From: Myxococcales bacterium
GTDB taxonomy: Bacteria > Myxococcota > Myxococcia > Myxococcales > Anaeromyxobacteraceae
Assembly (NCBI GenBank): GCA_038320275.1
Contig: JBBQEB010000029.1
Location: forward strand, 1 to 29,480
Length of the DNA: 29,480 bases
Direction of reading: 5' to 3'
The notes beneath the pieces are model-generated. The model had not been told where the DNA came from. It did not search any database and saw only the letters and a program-made list of their open reading frames with translations. Below, piece by piece: positions 18,993-29,480 of the stretch (the first letter of the stretch is position 1; the number at the start of each line of letters is the position of its first letter). A program made the translations under genes and the position numbers.

Positions 18993-19606
18993 GCGTCGCC
19001 CAGGTGGAGGTTCTCGTCGAGGAGTCCTCGGCGGAGGCCGCGCTCCAGCTCCTGCTGCCGCGTCTCCTCGGCGAGGTGCGGTTCCAGATCCACCAGCACC
19101 GGGGGAAGAGCGATCTGCTGGCGAAGCTCCCGGGGAAGCTCCAGGGGTACGCCGCCTGGATCCCCGCCGACTGGAGAATCCTCGTCGTGGTGGACGGCGA
19201 TCACGGCGACTGCCAGGCACTAAAGGGCAAGCTCGAACGTGAGGCAGCCCGAGCTTGCCTGCGGACGCGCACGTCCGCCGGCGGCTCGCCGCCATGGTGC
19301 GTGGTCAACCGGATCGCCATCGAGGAGCTGGAGGCGTGGTTCTTCGGCGACTGGGCCGCGGTGCGGGCCGCGTATCCTCGCATCGACGCGAACGTGCCGC
19401 GGCAGGCGGGCTTTCGCGCTCCCGACCGCATTCGTGGCGGGACGTGGGAGACGCTGGAGCGGCTCCTCATGGAGGCCGGCTACTACGCCGCCGGGATGCC
19501 CAAGATCGAGGTTGCGAGGAACGTGGCGCCCCGCATGGACCCGGCGGCGAACACGTCCCCGAGCTTCAGAGTGCTCCGCGACGTGCTCCAGGAGCTCGCA
19601 GCATGA
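18989..19606 (+). CDS. DUF4276-like TOPRIM-fold protein
   Basis: hhVEE.S, VVVDGD (DxD), [16 protein letters not shown] motifs; GTGA-coupled to ATPase and ATGA-coupled to hsdR. Confidence 0.75.
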   Translation: MSVAQVEVLVEESSAEAALQLLLPRLLGEVRFQIHQHRGKSDLLAKLPGKLQGYAAWIPADWRILVVVDGDHGDCQALKGKLEREAARACLRTRTSAGGSPPWCVVNRIAIEELEAWFFGDWAAVRAAYPRIDANVPRQAGFRAPDRIRGGTWETLERLLMEAGYYAAGMPKIEVARNVAPRMDPAANTSPSFRVLRDVLQELAA

Positions 19607-22600
19607 CCCCGCCGCCGGCCGCTCCGCTCGGCGTCGCTGAGTCCGACGTCGAGGACCTGGCGCTTCAGCACTTCGCCAACCTCGGCTACGGGGTCATTCA
19701 CGGCCCGAGCATGGCGCCAGGCGAGGCCAGGGCCGAGCGGGACCGCTACGAGGAGGTTGTGCTGCGCGGACGGCTCGACGGTGCCCTGCGCCGTCTCAAC
19801 CCGGGGTTGCCGGCCGCAGCACTCGAAGAGGCGATGCGGAAGGTGCTTCACCCGCCTGCGCCGTCGCTCATCACCAACAACCGGGTCCTCCACAAGATGC
19901 TGCGCGACGGCGTCGAAGTCGACGTGGCCGGCGCGGGCGGCGAGGTCCGGGGCGTGCGTGTCCACCTGGTGGACTGGGCCGACCCGGAGAAGAACGACCT
20001 CATCGCGGTAGACCAGTTCACCGTGGTCGAGGGGCAGGTCAACCGCCGGCCCGACGTCGTCGTCTTCCTGAACGGGATGCCGGTCGGGCTCCTGGAACTC
20101 AAGAACCCGGCCGACGAGAATGCCACCATCCAGGACGCGTTCCAGCAGGTCCAGAACTACTCGAAGCAGCTCCCCGCGCTCTTCGCCTACAACGCCCTCG
20201 TCGTCATCTCCGACGGGATGCTGGCGCGCGTCGGCACGCTGACCTCCAACTGGGAGCGGTTCGCGCCGTGGCGGACGGTGGACGGCACCGTCGTGGCCCA
20301 CGCCGGCGCACTGGAGCTCTCCACGCTCCTCGACGGTGTTTTCGAGAAGGAGCGGTTCCTCGACCTCGTGCGGAACTTCATCGTCTTCGAGGACGACGGC
20401 GCCAGCGTCGTGAAGAAACTCGCCGGCTACCACCAGTTCCACGCGGTGCGCGCGGCGGTGGCCGAGACGGTTCGAGCCACCGGCCCCGGCGGTGACCGGA
20501 AGGTGGGCGTGGTCTGGCACACCCAAGGGTCGGGGAAGTCGCTCACCATGACCTTCTACGCCGGCAAGGTGATCCAGGAGCCAGCGATGAAGAACCCCAC
20601 GCTGGTGGTCATCACCGACCGCAACGATCTCGACAACCAGCTCTTCGGGACCTTCAACAATTGCAACGAGCTGCTCCGCCAGCGACCGCAGCAGGCCGAG
20701 AGCCGCTACGACCTGGTCGAGAAGCTCGAGGTGGCGGCCGGCGGCGTCATCTTCACCACCATCCAGAAGTTCCTGCCGTCGGACCAGGAGGAGAAGATCC
20801 CGCCGCTCTCCACGCGCCGCAACGTCGTCGTGATCGCCGACGAGGCGCACCGCAGCCAGTATGGTTTCCGCAGCCGCATGGTCGCGGGCGAGGGGGGCGG
20901 CCAGCTCGTGGCAGGGTTCGCCCAGCACATGCGCGACGCGCTCCCCGGCGCGTCCTTCATCGGCTTCACCGGCACGCCCGTCGAGCAGAACGACCGGAAC
21001 ACCAAAGCCGTCTTCGGCGAGTACATCTCGATTTACGACATCCAGCGCGCCGTCGCCGACGGCGCCACCGTGCCCATCTACTACGAGAGCAGGCTGGCCA
21101 AGCTCTCGCTCAAGGAGGAGCAGAAGCCCGTCATCGACGAGGAGTTCGAGGAGATCACCGAGGGCGAGGAGGAGGATCGCCGGACCGCGCTCCGGTCGAG
21201 GTGGGCCGCCTTGGAGGCGGTGGTCGGCGACGAGAAGCGGATCCGGCTCATCGCCGAGGATCTGGTGCGCCACTTCGAGGCCCGCCTGGAGACGATGGAC
21301 GGCAAGGCCATGGTGGTCTGCATGTCGCGCCGCATCTGCGTGGAGATGTACGCGGCCATCACCAGCCTCCGGCCGGCGTGGCACGACCCTGACGACCCTA
21401 AGGGGACCATCAAGGTCGTGATGACCGCCTCCGCGTCGGACCCCGAAAGCTTCCAGGCCCACCGGCGCAGCAAGACCCAGCTCCTCGACGTGGCCAAGCG
21501 TTTCAAGGACCCGGCCGACCCGCTCGAGGTCGTCATCGTCCGCGACATGTGGCTCACGGGGTTCGACGCGCCGTGCCTCCACACGCTCTACGTGGACAAG
21601 CCGATGCGCGGCCACGGGCTCATGCAGGCCATCGCCCGCGTGAATCGCGTCTTCAAGGACAAGCCGGGCGGGCTCGTGGTGGACTACCTCGGCGTCGCCG
21701 ATGAGCTTCGGAGCGCACTCGCCACCTACACGGCCGCCGGCGGCCTTGGCCGCACAGCCATCGACCAGGAGGAGGCCGTCAAAGTCGTCCTGGAGAAGGT
21801 GGAGGTCTGCCGCGATATCTTCCACGGCTTCGACTACTCGAAGTTCCTCTCCGGCACGCCGGCCAACCGCCTCCGGCTCCTACCGGCGGCGCAGCAGCAC
21901 ATCTTCGCCCTGGAGGACGGTCGCGACCGGCTCGTGAAAGCGGTGACCGAGCTGGTCAAGGCGTTCGCGCTCGCTGTGCCGCACGCCCGGGCGATGGCTG
22001 TTCGGGACGAGGTGGCATTCTTCCAGGCGGTGAAAGCGGCGGTGGTGAAGTCATCCGGGGGCGGTGCCGGCAAGACCGACGCGGAGCTCGACCAGGCCAT
22101 CCGGCAGATCGTCTCCAGCGCCATCGCCGCCGACGGCGTGGTCGACGTGTTCGCAGCGGCGGGGCTCGAGAAGCCCGACATCTCGATCCTGTCCGAGGAG
22201 TTCCTGGCGGACGTGAAGAACCTGCCGCAGAAGAACCTCGCGGTGGAGCTGCTAAGGAAGCTGCTCAACGACGAACTCAAGGTCCGCAAGAAGAAGAACC
22301 TGGTCCAGTCCGAGGCCTTCTCCGAGAAGCTGGAGAAGACGATCCTCAGGTACCGCAACCGCGCCATCGAGACCGCTCAGGTGATCGAGGAGCTCATCCA
22401 GCTGGCCAAGGACATGCGCGATGCGCAGCGGCGCGGGGAGGACCTGAAGCTCACCGAGGACGAGGCCGCGTTTTACGACGCGCTTGCCGACAAGGAGTCC
22501 GCGCAGCAGGTCATGACGGACAAGGATCTCTGCGAGATCGCGCGAGACCTCACGAGGACCATCCGCGAGTCGGTCACCATCGACTGGACGGTGCGCGAGA

Positions 22601-22740
22601 ACGTGCGCGCTCAGATCCGCGTGAAGGTCCGGCGCATCCTGACCCGGCGGGGCTACCCGCCGGATAGGCAGGCGAAGGCCGTCGAGACGGTGATGAAGCA
22701 GGCCGAGTTGCTGGCCGCAGATTGGGCCGAGGTCGCCTGA
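19603..22740 (+). CDS. hsdR: Type I R-M restriction subunit
   Basis: [11 protein letters not shown]...ELK nuclease, [38 protein letters not shown]-terminal TIDWT domain. Confidence 0.96.
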   Translation: MTPPPAAPLGVAESDVEDLALQHFANLGYGVIHGPSMAPGEARAERDRYEEVVLRGRLDGALRRLNPGLPAAALEEAMRKVLHPPAPSLITNNRVLHKMLRDGVEVDVAGAGGEVRGVRVHLVDWADPEKNDLIAVDQFTVVEGQVNRRPDVVVFLNGMPVGLLELKNPADENATIQDAFQQVQNYSKQLPALFAYNALVVISDGMLARVGTLTSNWERFAPWRTVDGTVVAHAGALELSTLLDGVFEKERFLDLVRNFIVFEDDGASVVKKLAGYHQFHAVRAAVAETVRATGPGGDRKVGVVWHTQGSGKSLTMTFYAGKVIQEPAMKNPTLVVITDRNDLDNQLFGTFNNCNELLRQRPQQAESRYDLVEKLEVAAGGVIFTTIQKFLPSDQEEKIPPLSTRRNVVVIADEAHRSQYGFRSRMVAGEGGGQLVAGFAQHMRDALPGASFIGFTGTPVEQNDRNTKAVFGEYISIYDIQRAVADGATVPIYYESRLAKLSLKEEQKPVIDEEFEEITEGEEEDRRTALRSRWAALEAVVGDEKRIRLIAEDLVRHFEARLETMDGKAMVVCMSRRICVEMYAAITSLRPAWHDPDDPKGTIKVVMTASASDPESFQAHRRSKTQLLDVAKRFKDPADPLEVVIVRDMWLTGFDAPCLHTLYVDKPMRGHGLMQAIARVNRVFKDKPGGLVVDYLGVADELRSALATYTAAGGLGRTAIDQEEAVKVVLEKVEVCRDIFHGFDYSKFLSGTPANRLRLLPAAQQHIFALEDGRDRLVKAVTELVKAFALAVPHARAMAVRDEVAFFQAVKAAVVKSSGGGAGKTDAELDQAIRQIVSSAIAADGVVDVFAAAGLEKPDISILSEEFLADVKNLPQKNLAVELLRKLLNDELKVRKKKNLVQSEAFSEKLEKTILRYRNRAIETAQVIEELIQLAKDMRDAQRRGEDLKLTEDEAAFYDALADKESAQQVMTDKDLCEIARDLTRTIRESVTIDWTVRENVRAQIRVKVRRILTRRGYPPDRQAKAVETVMKQAELLAADWAEVA

Positions 22741-22866
22741 CCTCGCCGGGTCCGCCCCGGCAACGCCAGAACACGCTGGGATAAGGGAGGCATCGTCGCT
22801 CTCATCCTCGGGAGCGCCCGCGCAGTGGGCTATGGGGCAAGGCTTCGGTGTTACGGTGGATTTCAG

Positions 22867-23047
<181 letters not shown>

Positions 23048-23078
23048 ACGCGGGGGAGACGGGACCCTCGAGGCAAGC

Positions 23079-23087
23079 GGTATAGCA
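23079..23087 (-). promoter_or_regulatory. Possible extended -10 element for the tRNA
   Basis: TGcTATACC on the minus strand upstream of the duplicated tRNA leader. Confidence 0.3.
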
Positions 23088-23243
23088 CACGTCGCGGGGG
23101 CGGCACGCGAGCCGCTCGCGACCTCGATGCCCATGGCGCCCACCCGGCTCTGGAGGCCCGAGGCGCCTCGGAGCGCGGGCGCCGTCCATCCCCGACGCAT
23201 GACCTACCTCAGCAGGTTCTTCCGTCATGATTGCGCGAGAACA

Positions 23244-23438
23244 TCACGGCGCCTTGGGCGCCACGTGCTCCGTGTAGCCCGGGTTGCGGTGGTTCTGGCC
23301 GGGAATGTGCGCGTCCCAGCAGGAGTCGGAGCAGAAGTGGAGCTGGAACCGCTTGCGGTTGCAGGTGGACACGTCGCACTTGAAGTAGGGAGCACCGAAG
23401 GCGATGGGCTTCTTGCAGATGCTGCACTTGGACCACAT
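23244..23438 (-). CDS. Small Cys/His-rich Zn-finger-like protein (64 aa)
   Basis: AAGGGA RBS 8 nt before ATG; MWSKCSICKKPIAFGAPYFKCDVSTCNRKRFQLHFCSDSCWDAHIPGQNHR; strong GC3 codon bias. Confidence 0.8.
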   Translation of the reverse strand: MWSKCSICKKPIAFGAPYFKCDVSTCNRKRFQLHFCSDSCWDAHIPGQNHRNPGYTEHVAPKAP

Positions 23439-23662
23439 GGGCAAATTCCCTTAGGCCGATGTGCGGCGCCGTGCCACGTTCCAGGTGGACGACCTCTGCG
23501 GGCCGGTTGAGCATCCGTCGACCGGTCGAGCCTTGTTCCCAGCCGAAGCGACGCGGCGCGCGTGACCGCATCGTTGATACGATGGAGGGCGACGGACCGC
23601 TCGTGTGGGGAGCGCGCGCCTCGCGATCGCGCAACCGCCATCGAAACGGTGTAGACGACGCC

Positions 23663-24388
23663 ATGGCCGAGCGCGCTCCTCCTCCACGTCTCTCCCGCGA
23701 GGGCGGTGAGCGCCACCTCAGCAGCCGCGCCGCATGGCTCCGCGCCGCGGTGCTCGGCGCCGACGACGCCATCGTGTCCACGGCGTCGTTGATGCTGGGA
23801 GTCGCGGCCTCCTCTGCGTCGGGCCGGGCGACCCTGGTCGCCGGAGCGGCGGGGCTCGCCGCGGGCGCGATGTCGATGGGAGTCGGCGAGTACGTCTCGG
23901 TGAGCTCGCAGCGGGACGCCGAGGATGCCGACATCGCGCTCGAGCGCCAGGAGCACGAGCGCGAGCCTGGCGCGGAGCTGACGGAGCTCGCCGCCATCTA
24001 CCAGCATCGAGGTCTGGACGCCGACCTCGCGATGAAGGTGGCCGAGCAGCTCTCCGCTCACGACCGGCTGAGCGCTCACCTCCGCGACGAGCTGGGCATG
24101 GATCCTTCGCAGCTCTCGAGGCCCATGCAGGCGGCGTGGATCTCCGCGGCGAGCTTCGCGATCTTCGGCACCGTTCCCTTCGCCGCGTACCTGGCCGCGC
24201 CTGCTGGCTACGGCGCATGGGTGGTCGCCGTGGCTTCCCTCGCGAGCCTGGCCGGGCTGGGGGCCTTCGGGGGCCATCTCGGAGGAGCTCCGCGCCTCCC
24301 GGCGGCGCTGCGGATCTGCCTGGGTGGTGGCCTGGCGATGGCGGTGACCGCCGCGATCGGACGCTTGCTGGGCGTGGCGATGTCCTGA
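23663..24388 (+). CDS. VIT1/CCC1-family Fe/Mn transporter
   Basis: WLRAAVLGADDAIVS, AGAMSMGVGEYVSVSSQRD, ELAAIY..RGL, HLRDELG. Confidence 0.92.
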   Translation: MAERAPPPRLSREGGERHLSSRAAWLRAAVLGADDAIVSTASLMLGVAASSASGRATLVAGAAGLAAGAMSMGVGEYVSVSSQRDAEDADIALERQEHEREPGAELTELAAIYQHRGLDADLAMKVAEQLSAHDRLSAHLRDELGMDPSQLSRPMQAAWISAASFAIFGTVPFAAYLAAPAGYGAWVVAVASLASLAGLGAFGGHLGGAPRLPAALRICLGGGLAMAVTAAIGRLLGVAMS

Positions 24389-24669
24389 CGGGCGATACGG
24401 GGAGCGGGGCTCGCCGGACATAGGGTTCCTGCGCCGTACCCTTGACGCGGGAGGCCGCCGCCGCGTTCAAGAGCTACGCGCTGCGAAATCGTCCGCGCGT
24501 CCTGGCGAGCGCGGCCTTGGGGTCGAGCTTCGTCCCGAGCTGTCGCGCGAGGGCCCACGAGGCCGTGCGAGCAACCGCCCAGTCCGGGCGGCCAGGCTCC
24601 GCGGAAAGGCTGCCCCGGCGCGAGGGGATGTACACGTTGTCTGCGCCCGGCCCTACGAGGCAGACAGCC

Positions 24670-26853
24670 ATGCACGGCCTCACTGAGCACCAGCTCCTCG
24701 TCTTCCTCCTGCAGTTCACCGCGCTGCTCGCAGCGGCGCGGCTGCTGGGCGCGCTCGCTCGCCACTTCGGCCAGCCCTCCGTCATGGGCGAGGTCATCGC
24801 GGGGGTGCTCCTCGGCCCACCCATCCTGGGCAAGCTGCTGCCAGGGGTGCAGGCGGCGCTCTTCCCCAAGGATGCGCAGCAGTCCGGCCTGCTCGAGCTC
24901 CTGAGCTGGATCGGGATGATCCTCCTCATGCTGCGGACGGGGATCGAGACCGATCTCTCCCGGTGGCGCGCGCTCAAGGGTCCGGCGCTCCTCGCCACCA
25001 TCCTCGGCGTGGCGGTACCCTTCGCGGTGGGAGTCGGCATCGGCCTCATCGTCCCGGAAGCGCTCGTCGGTCGTGGCGGCCGGCCGCTCTTCATCGCCTT
25101 CCTGGGCACCGCCATGTCCATCTCGGCGGTGAAGGTCATCGCCAAGATCCTCCTCGACCTGAACCTCATGCGGCGCGACGTGGGCTTCGTCATCCTGGGG
25201 GCCTCCATCCTCGATGACACCGTCGGCTGGGTCATCCTGGCTGTGGTGGTGCGGGTGGCCACCACCGGCCACTTTGGCTTCGAGAGCGTCGCCGTCACCC
25301 TGGGCGCGACGGCCGGGTTTGGTCTCTTCGCCATGCTCGTCCTGCGTCCGCTGGCGGGGCGCGCCATCCGCTGGCTGGAGAGGGAGGGCCGGCTGGAGCA
25401 CGGCACCATCACCGCGGTGCTGGTGCTGACCCTCGCGTGCAGCGCGCTCACCCAGGCGCTCGGCATCCACGCCATCTTCGGCGCCTTCGTGGCCGGCCTC
25501 ATCGTCAGCGAGTCGCCGCGCATCAAGGAGGCCACCCTCGAGTCGCTGGACAGCATGGTGCTGGGTGTCTTCGCGCCGGTCTTCTTCGCGTACTCGGGGC
25601 TCCAGGTCCAGGCCCTGACGCTCCCGGGCTGGGAGATCACGGCGCTCGTCCTGGGCGGCGCGATCCTAGGCAAGGTGATCGGCGCCGGGCTGGGCGCCCG
25701 GCTGGGCGGGATGCGCCTCCGCGAGTCCATCGCGGTGGGCATCGGCCTCTCCGCGCGGGGCTCCACCGAGCTCGTGGTGGCGCGCATCGGGATGGACCTG
25801 GGCGTCCTCGGCCCTCCCATGTATGCGCTCATCATCCTCATCCCCATCGTGACGAGCCTCGCCACGCCGCCGTTGCTGCGCCTCTCCCTGCGCGGTCTGC
25901 CGCCCGGGGACGACGAGGCGAAGCGGCTCGCCGACGAGGCCGACGAGGAGCGGTCCCTGATCAAGCGGCGCGGCACGAAGATCCTCGTGCCCACTTCCGG
26001 GGAGCCGCACGCGGTGCAGGCGCTCCGGCTGGCGGCGCCGCTGGCGAGGCTGCCGGGCGCGACGCTGGTGGGGCTCTCGGTCGTCACTCCCAGGGACGGC
26101 GGGGAGGTGGGGCGAGACGGGCGCCTGGACGGCGACGAGAAGGAGGTGACCGCCCGTTCCCGGGCGGTGGTGGACGAGTTCCACCTCCCGGATTTCCACA
26201 GCACGGTGGTCCCTGCGCGCTCGGTGGAGGAGGCGGTCAAGGCCGAGGTGGCCCGAGGCTACGACCTCGTCTTCCTGGGCGTGAGTCGCCCGAGCGCGCT
26301 CTCGCACCGGCTCCTCCGCTCGCTGCTCGCTTCGGGCCACTGCGAGCTGGTGCTGGTGCGGATGGGGCGGGAGACCGGGGCCTTCCGCCGCATCGTGGTT
26401 CCCGTCACCGCGACGGCACCCTCGCGCGCCGCGGCGGAGCTCGCCTTCCTCTACGCGCGCGAGACCGGCGCGCGGCTGCAGCTCGTCCACGTGGTCGAGC
26501 CCGACGCGGCGCGCGACGGCCGCGCGCTGGCCGAGCTGCGCGCCATGGGAACGCACATGCTCGACGAGCTGGTCGAGCGCGGTGGAAAGGAGGGCGTGGA
26601 GGTGCGCTCGCGGCTCCTCATCTCGCGCTACCCCGCGCGCGCCGTGCTCGACCTCAGCCTGGAGGAAGGCGCGGACCTCATCCTCCTCGGCGCCAACCCC
26701 CGGCACGTCGGCCAGCGCGCCTACTTCGGCCCGCAGGCCGACCGTATCCTCGCGGACGCTCCCTGCGCGGTGGCGATCTACGCCGGCGGCGTCCGGCGGG
26801 AGGCGCTGCAGGCGGCGGTACCGAAGCTGGCCCTGAGCGGCAGCCCGGGCTGA
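24670..26853 (+). CDS. CPA2 cation:proton antiporter with C-terminal universal-stress-protein domains
   Basis: GQPSVMGEVIAGVLLGP, SISAVKVIAKIL, ILDDTVGW, HAIFGAFVAG, ARGSTEL; KILVPTSG and RRIVVPVT...ADLILLG...APCAV USP motifs. Confidence 0.9.
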   Translation: MHGLTEHQLLVFLLQFTALLAAARLLGALARHFGQPSVMGEVIAGVLLGPPILGKLLPGVQAALFPKDAQQSGLLELLSWIGMILLMLRTGIETDLSRWRALKGPALLATILGVAVPFAVGVGIGLIVPEALVGRGGRPLFIAFLGTAMSISAVKVIAKILLDLNLMRRDVGFVILGASILDDTVGWVILAVVVRVATTGHFGFESVAVTLGATAGFGLFAMLVLRPLAGRAIRWLEREGRLEHGTITAVLVLTLACSALTQALGIHAIFGAFVAGLIVSESPRIKEATLESLDSMVLGVFAPVFFAYSGLQVQALTLPGWEITALVLGGAILGKVIGAGLGARLGGMRLRESIAVGIGLSARGSTELVVARIGMDLGVLGPPMYALIILIPIVTSLATPPLLRLSLRGLPPGDDEAKRLADEADEERSLIKRRGTKILVPTSGEPHAVQALRLAAPLARLPGATLVGLSVVTPRDGGEVGRDGRLDGDEKEVTARSRAVVDEFHLPDFHSTVVPARSVEEAVKAEVARGYDLVFLGVSRPSALSHRLLRSLLASGHCELVLVRMGRETGAFRRIVVPVTATAPSRAAAELAFLYARETGARLQLVHVVEPDAARDGRALAELRAMGTHMLDELVERGGKEGVEVRSRLLISRYPARAVLDLSLEEGADLILLGANPRHVGQRAYFGPQADRILADAPCAVAIYAGGVRREALQAAVPKLALSGSPG

Positions 26854-26863
26854 CCCACGGCGG

Positions 26864-28999
26864 TCACCAGACCCGCACGCGCTCGGCCGGCTCGAGATGG
26901 AGCGCCTGACCTGGCTTCACCGCGAAGGCGGGGTACCAGGGGTCGAGGTTGCGGACCGTCAACGCGCGGTACTGCCCCGGTGCGTGACCATCGGTGAGAA
27001 TGCGGCGGCGGAGCGCGGCCTCGCGCTGCTTCGTCTGCCAGGTCTGCGCGAAGGAGAGGAAGAACTGCTGGTCGCCGGTGAGCCCATCCACCGTGGGTGC
27101 CGGCGCGCCACCCAGCGAGGCTCGCCAGGCATCGTACGCGGCGGCGAGGCCCGCCAGGTCGGCGATGTTCTCCCCCAGTGTCAGCTTGCCGTTCACCGCC
27201 AGATCCGGAAAGGGGCGATACGCGCCATACTGGGCCACGAGCTTGGCCCCGGCGTCCTCGAAGTGCTTCAGGTCGGCCGGGGTCCACCAGTTGCGCAGCT
27301 TGCCCTGCGCGTCGAAGAGGGCCCCCTGGTCGTCGAACGAGTGGCTGATCTCGTGCCCGATGACGGCGCCGACCGCAGCGTACTTGGCGGCGGCGGTGGA
27401 GGCGCGGTCGTAGAACGGCGGCTCCATGAACCCAGCGGGGAACTCGAGCGCGTTGCGAACCGGCAGGTTCACCGCATTCACCTCCTGCGGGAGCATGCAC
27501 CACTCGCCCCGATCGGGCGGCTGTCCCAGCTTGGCGAGGTTGCGCCGGTACTCAGCCAGACGCGCCCGCCCGACATCGCCCAGGAGGTCGCCGCGTACGA
27601 TGCGGAGGCCGGAGAGGTCCTTCCAGCGGTCCGGGTAGCCGATGCCCACCTGGAGGACCGCCAGCTTCTCTCGCGCCTGGCGCTTCGTCTCCGGCGCCAT
27701 CCACGCCAGCGCGTCGATGCGGCGGCCGAAGGCCGTCCGGATGTTCTCGACCATGGTCTGGATCTCGGCCTTCGCCTCGGCCGGGAAGTACCGCTGCACG
27801 TAGATGCGCCCCACCGCCTCCCCCACCGCGCCGTTGACCGTCGCCACGCCGCGCTTCCACCGCTCCGGCTGGCTCGGCGTTCCGGTGAGCGCCGTGCCGT
27901 GAAAGGCGAACCAGGCGTTGGTGAACGGCTTCGAGAGGAAGGGCGCTGCCCGGTCGAGCGCGCGGGCGGTGAGGTACGCCTTCCAGGTGGAGAGGGGCTC
28001 GGACTTCACCAGGGCGGCGAGCCCGGCGATGGCGGTGGGCTGCCAGACGACCAGCACCGGCTGCCTGTCGAGCCCCGCCGCGGCGAGGAACGCGGTCCAG
28101 TCCATCCCGGGCGCCTTCCGCTCCAGGTCCGCGCGGGTCCAGGGATTGTAGCCCTTCGCGACGTCGCCCGCGTCCTCGCGGGTGCCGTGCGTGCGGGCGA
28201 GCCGGGTCTCGAAGGCCACGACCTGAGCCGCCGCCGCGCGCGCGTCGGCGATACCGGCGAGGCCGAGCAACGCGCCGAGGTGAGCCGTGTACTTCGCCCT
28301 GAGCTCCGCGAAGCGCGGCGCAGGATCGAGGTAGTAGCTGCGGTCGGGGAGCCCGAGCCCGCCCTGCAGGATGTAGGCGGCGTTGCGCGTCGGATCGCGC
28401 AGGTCCTGCTCCACCCACAGTCCGAGGGGCCGCGACGTCACCAGATTGGTGCAATTCAGCACGTCGACGTCGGCGCGCACGAGCCCGCCCAGCTCCGACG
28501 CGAGCGCGCGGGCGTCGCCGATGGCCGCGATGCGGGCGAGCTCCGGGCGCACCGGGTCCGCGCCCTTCGCCTCGACGCCCGCCTCGTCCATGAAGCTCGC
28601 GAAGAGGTCGCCCACCCGACGGGCGTCGGAGCCCTCTGGCGCATCCGAGCGCGCGGCCTCCTCCACGATGGCCCGGTTGCGCGCCTCCACCACCTGGAAC
28701 ACCCGGAGGAAGGCGCCCGTCCCGGCCCGGTCGGGCGGGATCTCGGCCGTGCGCTGCCAGGTGCCGTTCGCGAAGCCGTAGAAGTCGTCGCCGGGTGAAA
28801 CGGCGCGATCCATGGCGGCGGTGTCCACCCCGCGCGCAGCCTGGCCCCCCGAGGCTGCGGGCGCGGCCGCAGCGCGGGTGGAGAGAGTGGCGCCTTGGGA
28901 GCCTTCCACCCGCGCCGGCGCGGCCGGCTCCTTGCGGGAGGCGGTGCAGGCGGCGAGGGTAAGGAAGAGGGTGAGGGGAACGGCGCGAGGGCAGGGCAT
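26864..28999 (-). CDS. M13-family zinc metallopeptidase (PepO/neprilysin-like), lipoprotein
   Basis: Lipobox LAAC; PGDDFYGFANG, GLGLPDRSYY, VNAVN, GHEISH, GENIAD, TDGHAP. Confidence 0.95.
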   Translation of the reverse strand: MPCPRAVPLTLFLTLAACTASRKEPAAPARVEGSQGATLSTRAAAAPAASGGQAARGVDTAAMDRAVSPGDDFYGFANGTWQRTAEIPPDRAGTGAFLRVFQVVEARNRAIVEEAARSDAPEGSDARRVGDLFASFMDEAGVEAKGADPVRPELARIAAIGDARALASELGGLVRADVDVLNCTNLVTSRPLGLWVEQDLRDPTRNAAYILQGGLGLPDRSYYLDPAPRFAELRAKYTAHLGALLGLAGIADARAAAAQVVAFETRLARTHGTREDAGDVAKGYNPWTRADLERKAPGMDWTAFLAAAGLDRQPVLVVWQPTAIAGLAALVKSEPLSTWKAYLTARALDRAAPFLSKPFTNAWFAFHGTALTGTPSQPERWKRGVATVNGAVGEAVGRIYVQRYFPAEAKAEIQTMVENIRTAFGRRIDALAWMAPETKRQAREKLAVLQVGIGYPDRWKDLSGLRIVRGDLLGDVGRARLAEYRRNLAKLGQPPDRGEWCMLPQEVNAVNLPVRNALEFPAGFMEPPFYDRASTAAAKYAAVGAVIGHEISHSFDDQGALFDAQGKLRNWWTPADLKHFEDAGAKLVAQYGAYRPFPDLAVNGKLTLGENIADLAGLAAAYDAWRASLGGAPAPTVDGLTGDQQFFLSFAQTWQTKQREAALRRRILTDGHAPGQYRALTVRNLDPWYPAFAVKPGQALHLEPAERVRVW

Positions 29000-29037
29000 A
29001 CGCCCGTACCTAACGCCGCCCGACCCCCGCGCTCGCG

Positions 29038-29478
29038 CTACCCACCCACCTTGGTGAGGCTGTCCGCCGACACGAACGTTCCGGTCGTGGCTCTCCCCGT
29101 GGCGGACAGGATCACCGTCGCGTTCCCGGAGGCGGTGAGGGTGATGATGTTTCCGCTTCGGACGAGCGTGCCGCTGGTGAAGGTCAGGTCGGCCGTGCCG
29201 TCGGTGTAGTTCTGACGGCAGGTGAAGCCGCTCTGGATGGTGGCCACGTTGCCGTTCACGGTCGCCGGGATGTTGCACTGGTTGAAGGGGAAGATGATCT
29301 GGTTGCCCGACGCGCTGCCCGCGATGATCCCACTGTTTCCCGAGTCGGGCTCGGTGTTGGACGCAAAGCCGGTGAACGAGTAGGTCGTCGTGCCGTTGAC
29401 CTGCCACAGGCCGATGAAGTTCGACCGATCATTGGCCGGGGTGTCGCTGCTGCTGCCGCCGCAGGCGGCGAGGGCGAG
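29038..29478 (-). CDS. Hypothetical beta-rich lipoprotein (5' end outside window)
   Basis: Frame open from window end: LALAACGGSSSDTP...FIGLWQVNG...two Cys...SLTKVGG*; lipocalin-like GxW start. Confidence 0.7.
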   Translation of the reverse strand, partial: LALAACGGSSSDTPANDRSNFIGLWQVNGTTTYSFTGFASNTEPDSGNSGIIAGSASGNQIIFPFNQCNIPATVNGNVATIQSGFTCRQNYTDGTADLTFTSGTLVRSGNIITLTASGNATVILSATGRATTGTFVSADSLTKVGG

Positions 29479-29480
29479 CG

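Larger units (their letters stand above)
14080..22866. mobile_element. Possible tRNA-Arg-anchored defence islet (no integrase or att duplicate visible)
   Basis: Block of R-M/defence genes ending about 125 bp from the tRNA 3' end; hsdS visibly more AT-rich than flanks. Confidence 0.35.

Noticed and set aside
19255..19602. N-terminal extension of HsdR in the ORF track
   Set aside because: Overlaps the DUF4276 gene in another frame; ATG at 19603 with ATGA coupling and upstream GGAG is the better start
14414..21825. Long antisense ORFs over hsdM, ATPase and hsdR (also 3173-4963, 26897-28798)
   Set aside because: Shadow ORFs from high GC3 bias opposite well-supported genes; no motifs

Overview
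High-GC window that reads like an Anaeromyxobacter-type Myxococcota genome (inferred from gene content and codon style). In order: (1) a purine module, xdhB (5'-truncated)-xdhC plus a BMP-family nucleoside ABC transporter; (2) an ECF sigma/ZAS anti-sigma pair divergent from a Tat metallophosphoesterase-CuA cupredoxin operon. Two back-to-back GGAAC-N16-CGTTG promoters separate them. The anti-sigma is frameshifted by what looks like a template-switch micro-inversion, and the third operon gene is eroded next to an IS21 istB remnant; (3) a lipoprotein diheme cytochrome c, reminiscent of Geobacter PgcA, with six Cys-rich TSP1-like repeats (five between the hemes; four are near-identical 147-bp units); (4) a frameshifted DUF481 outer-membrane gene; (5) a Type I R-M locus (hsdM with a SAP-like N-terminal extension, hsdS, hsdR) with an ABC/AAA ATPase + DUF4276/TOPRIM-like pair embedded between hsdS and hsdR, next to the 3' end of tRNA-Arg(CCT), whose 5' end is partly duplicated; (6) a small Cys-rich Zn-finger protein, a VIT1/CCC1 transporter, a CPA2 antiporter with USP domains, an M13 peptidase and a partial lipoprotein. 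All family assignments come from motif recognition by eye; no searches were run.
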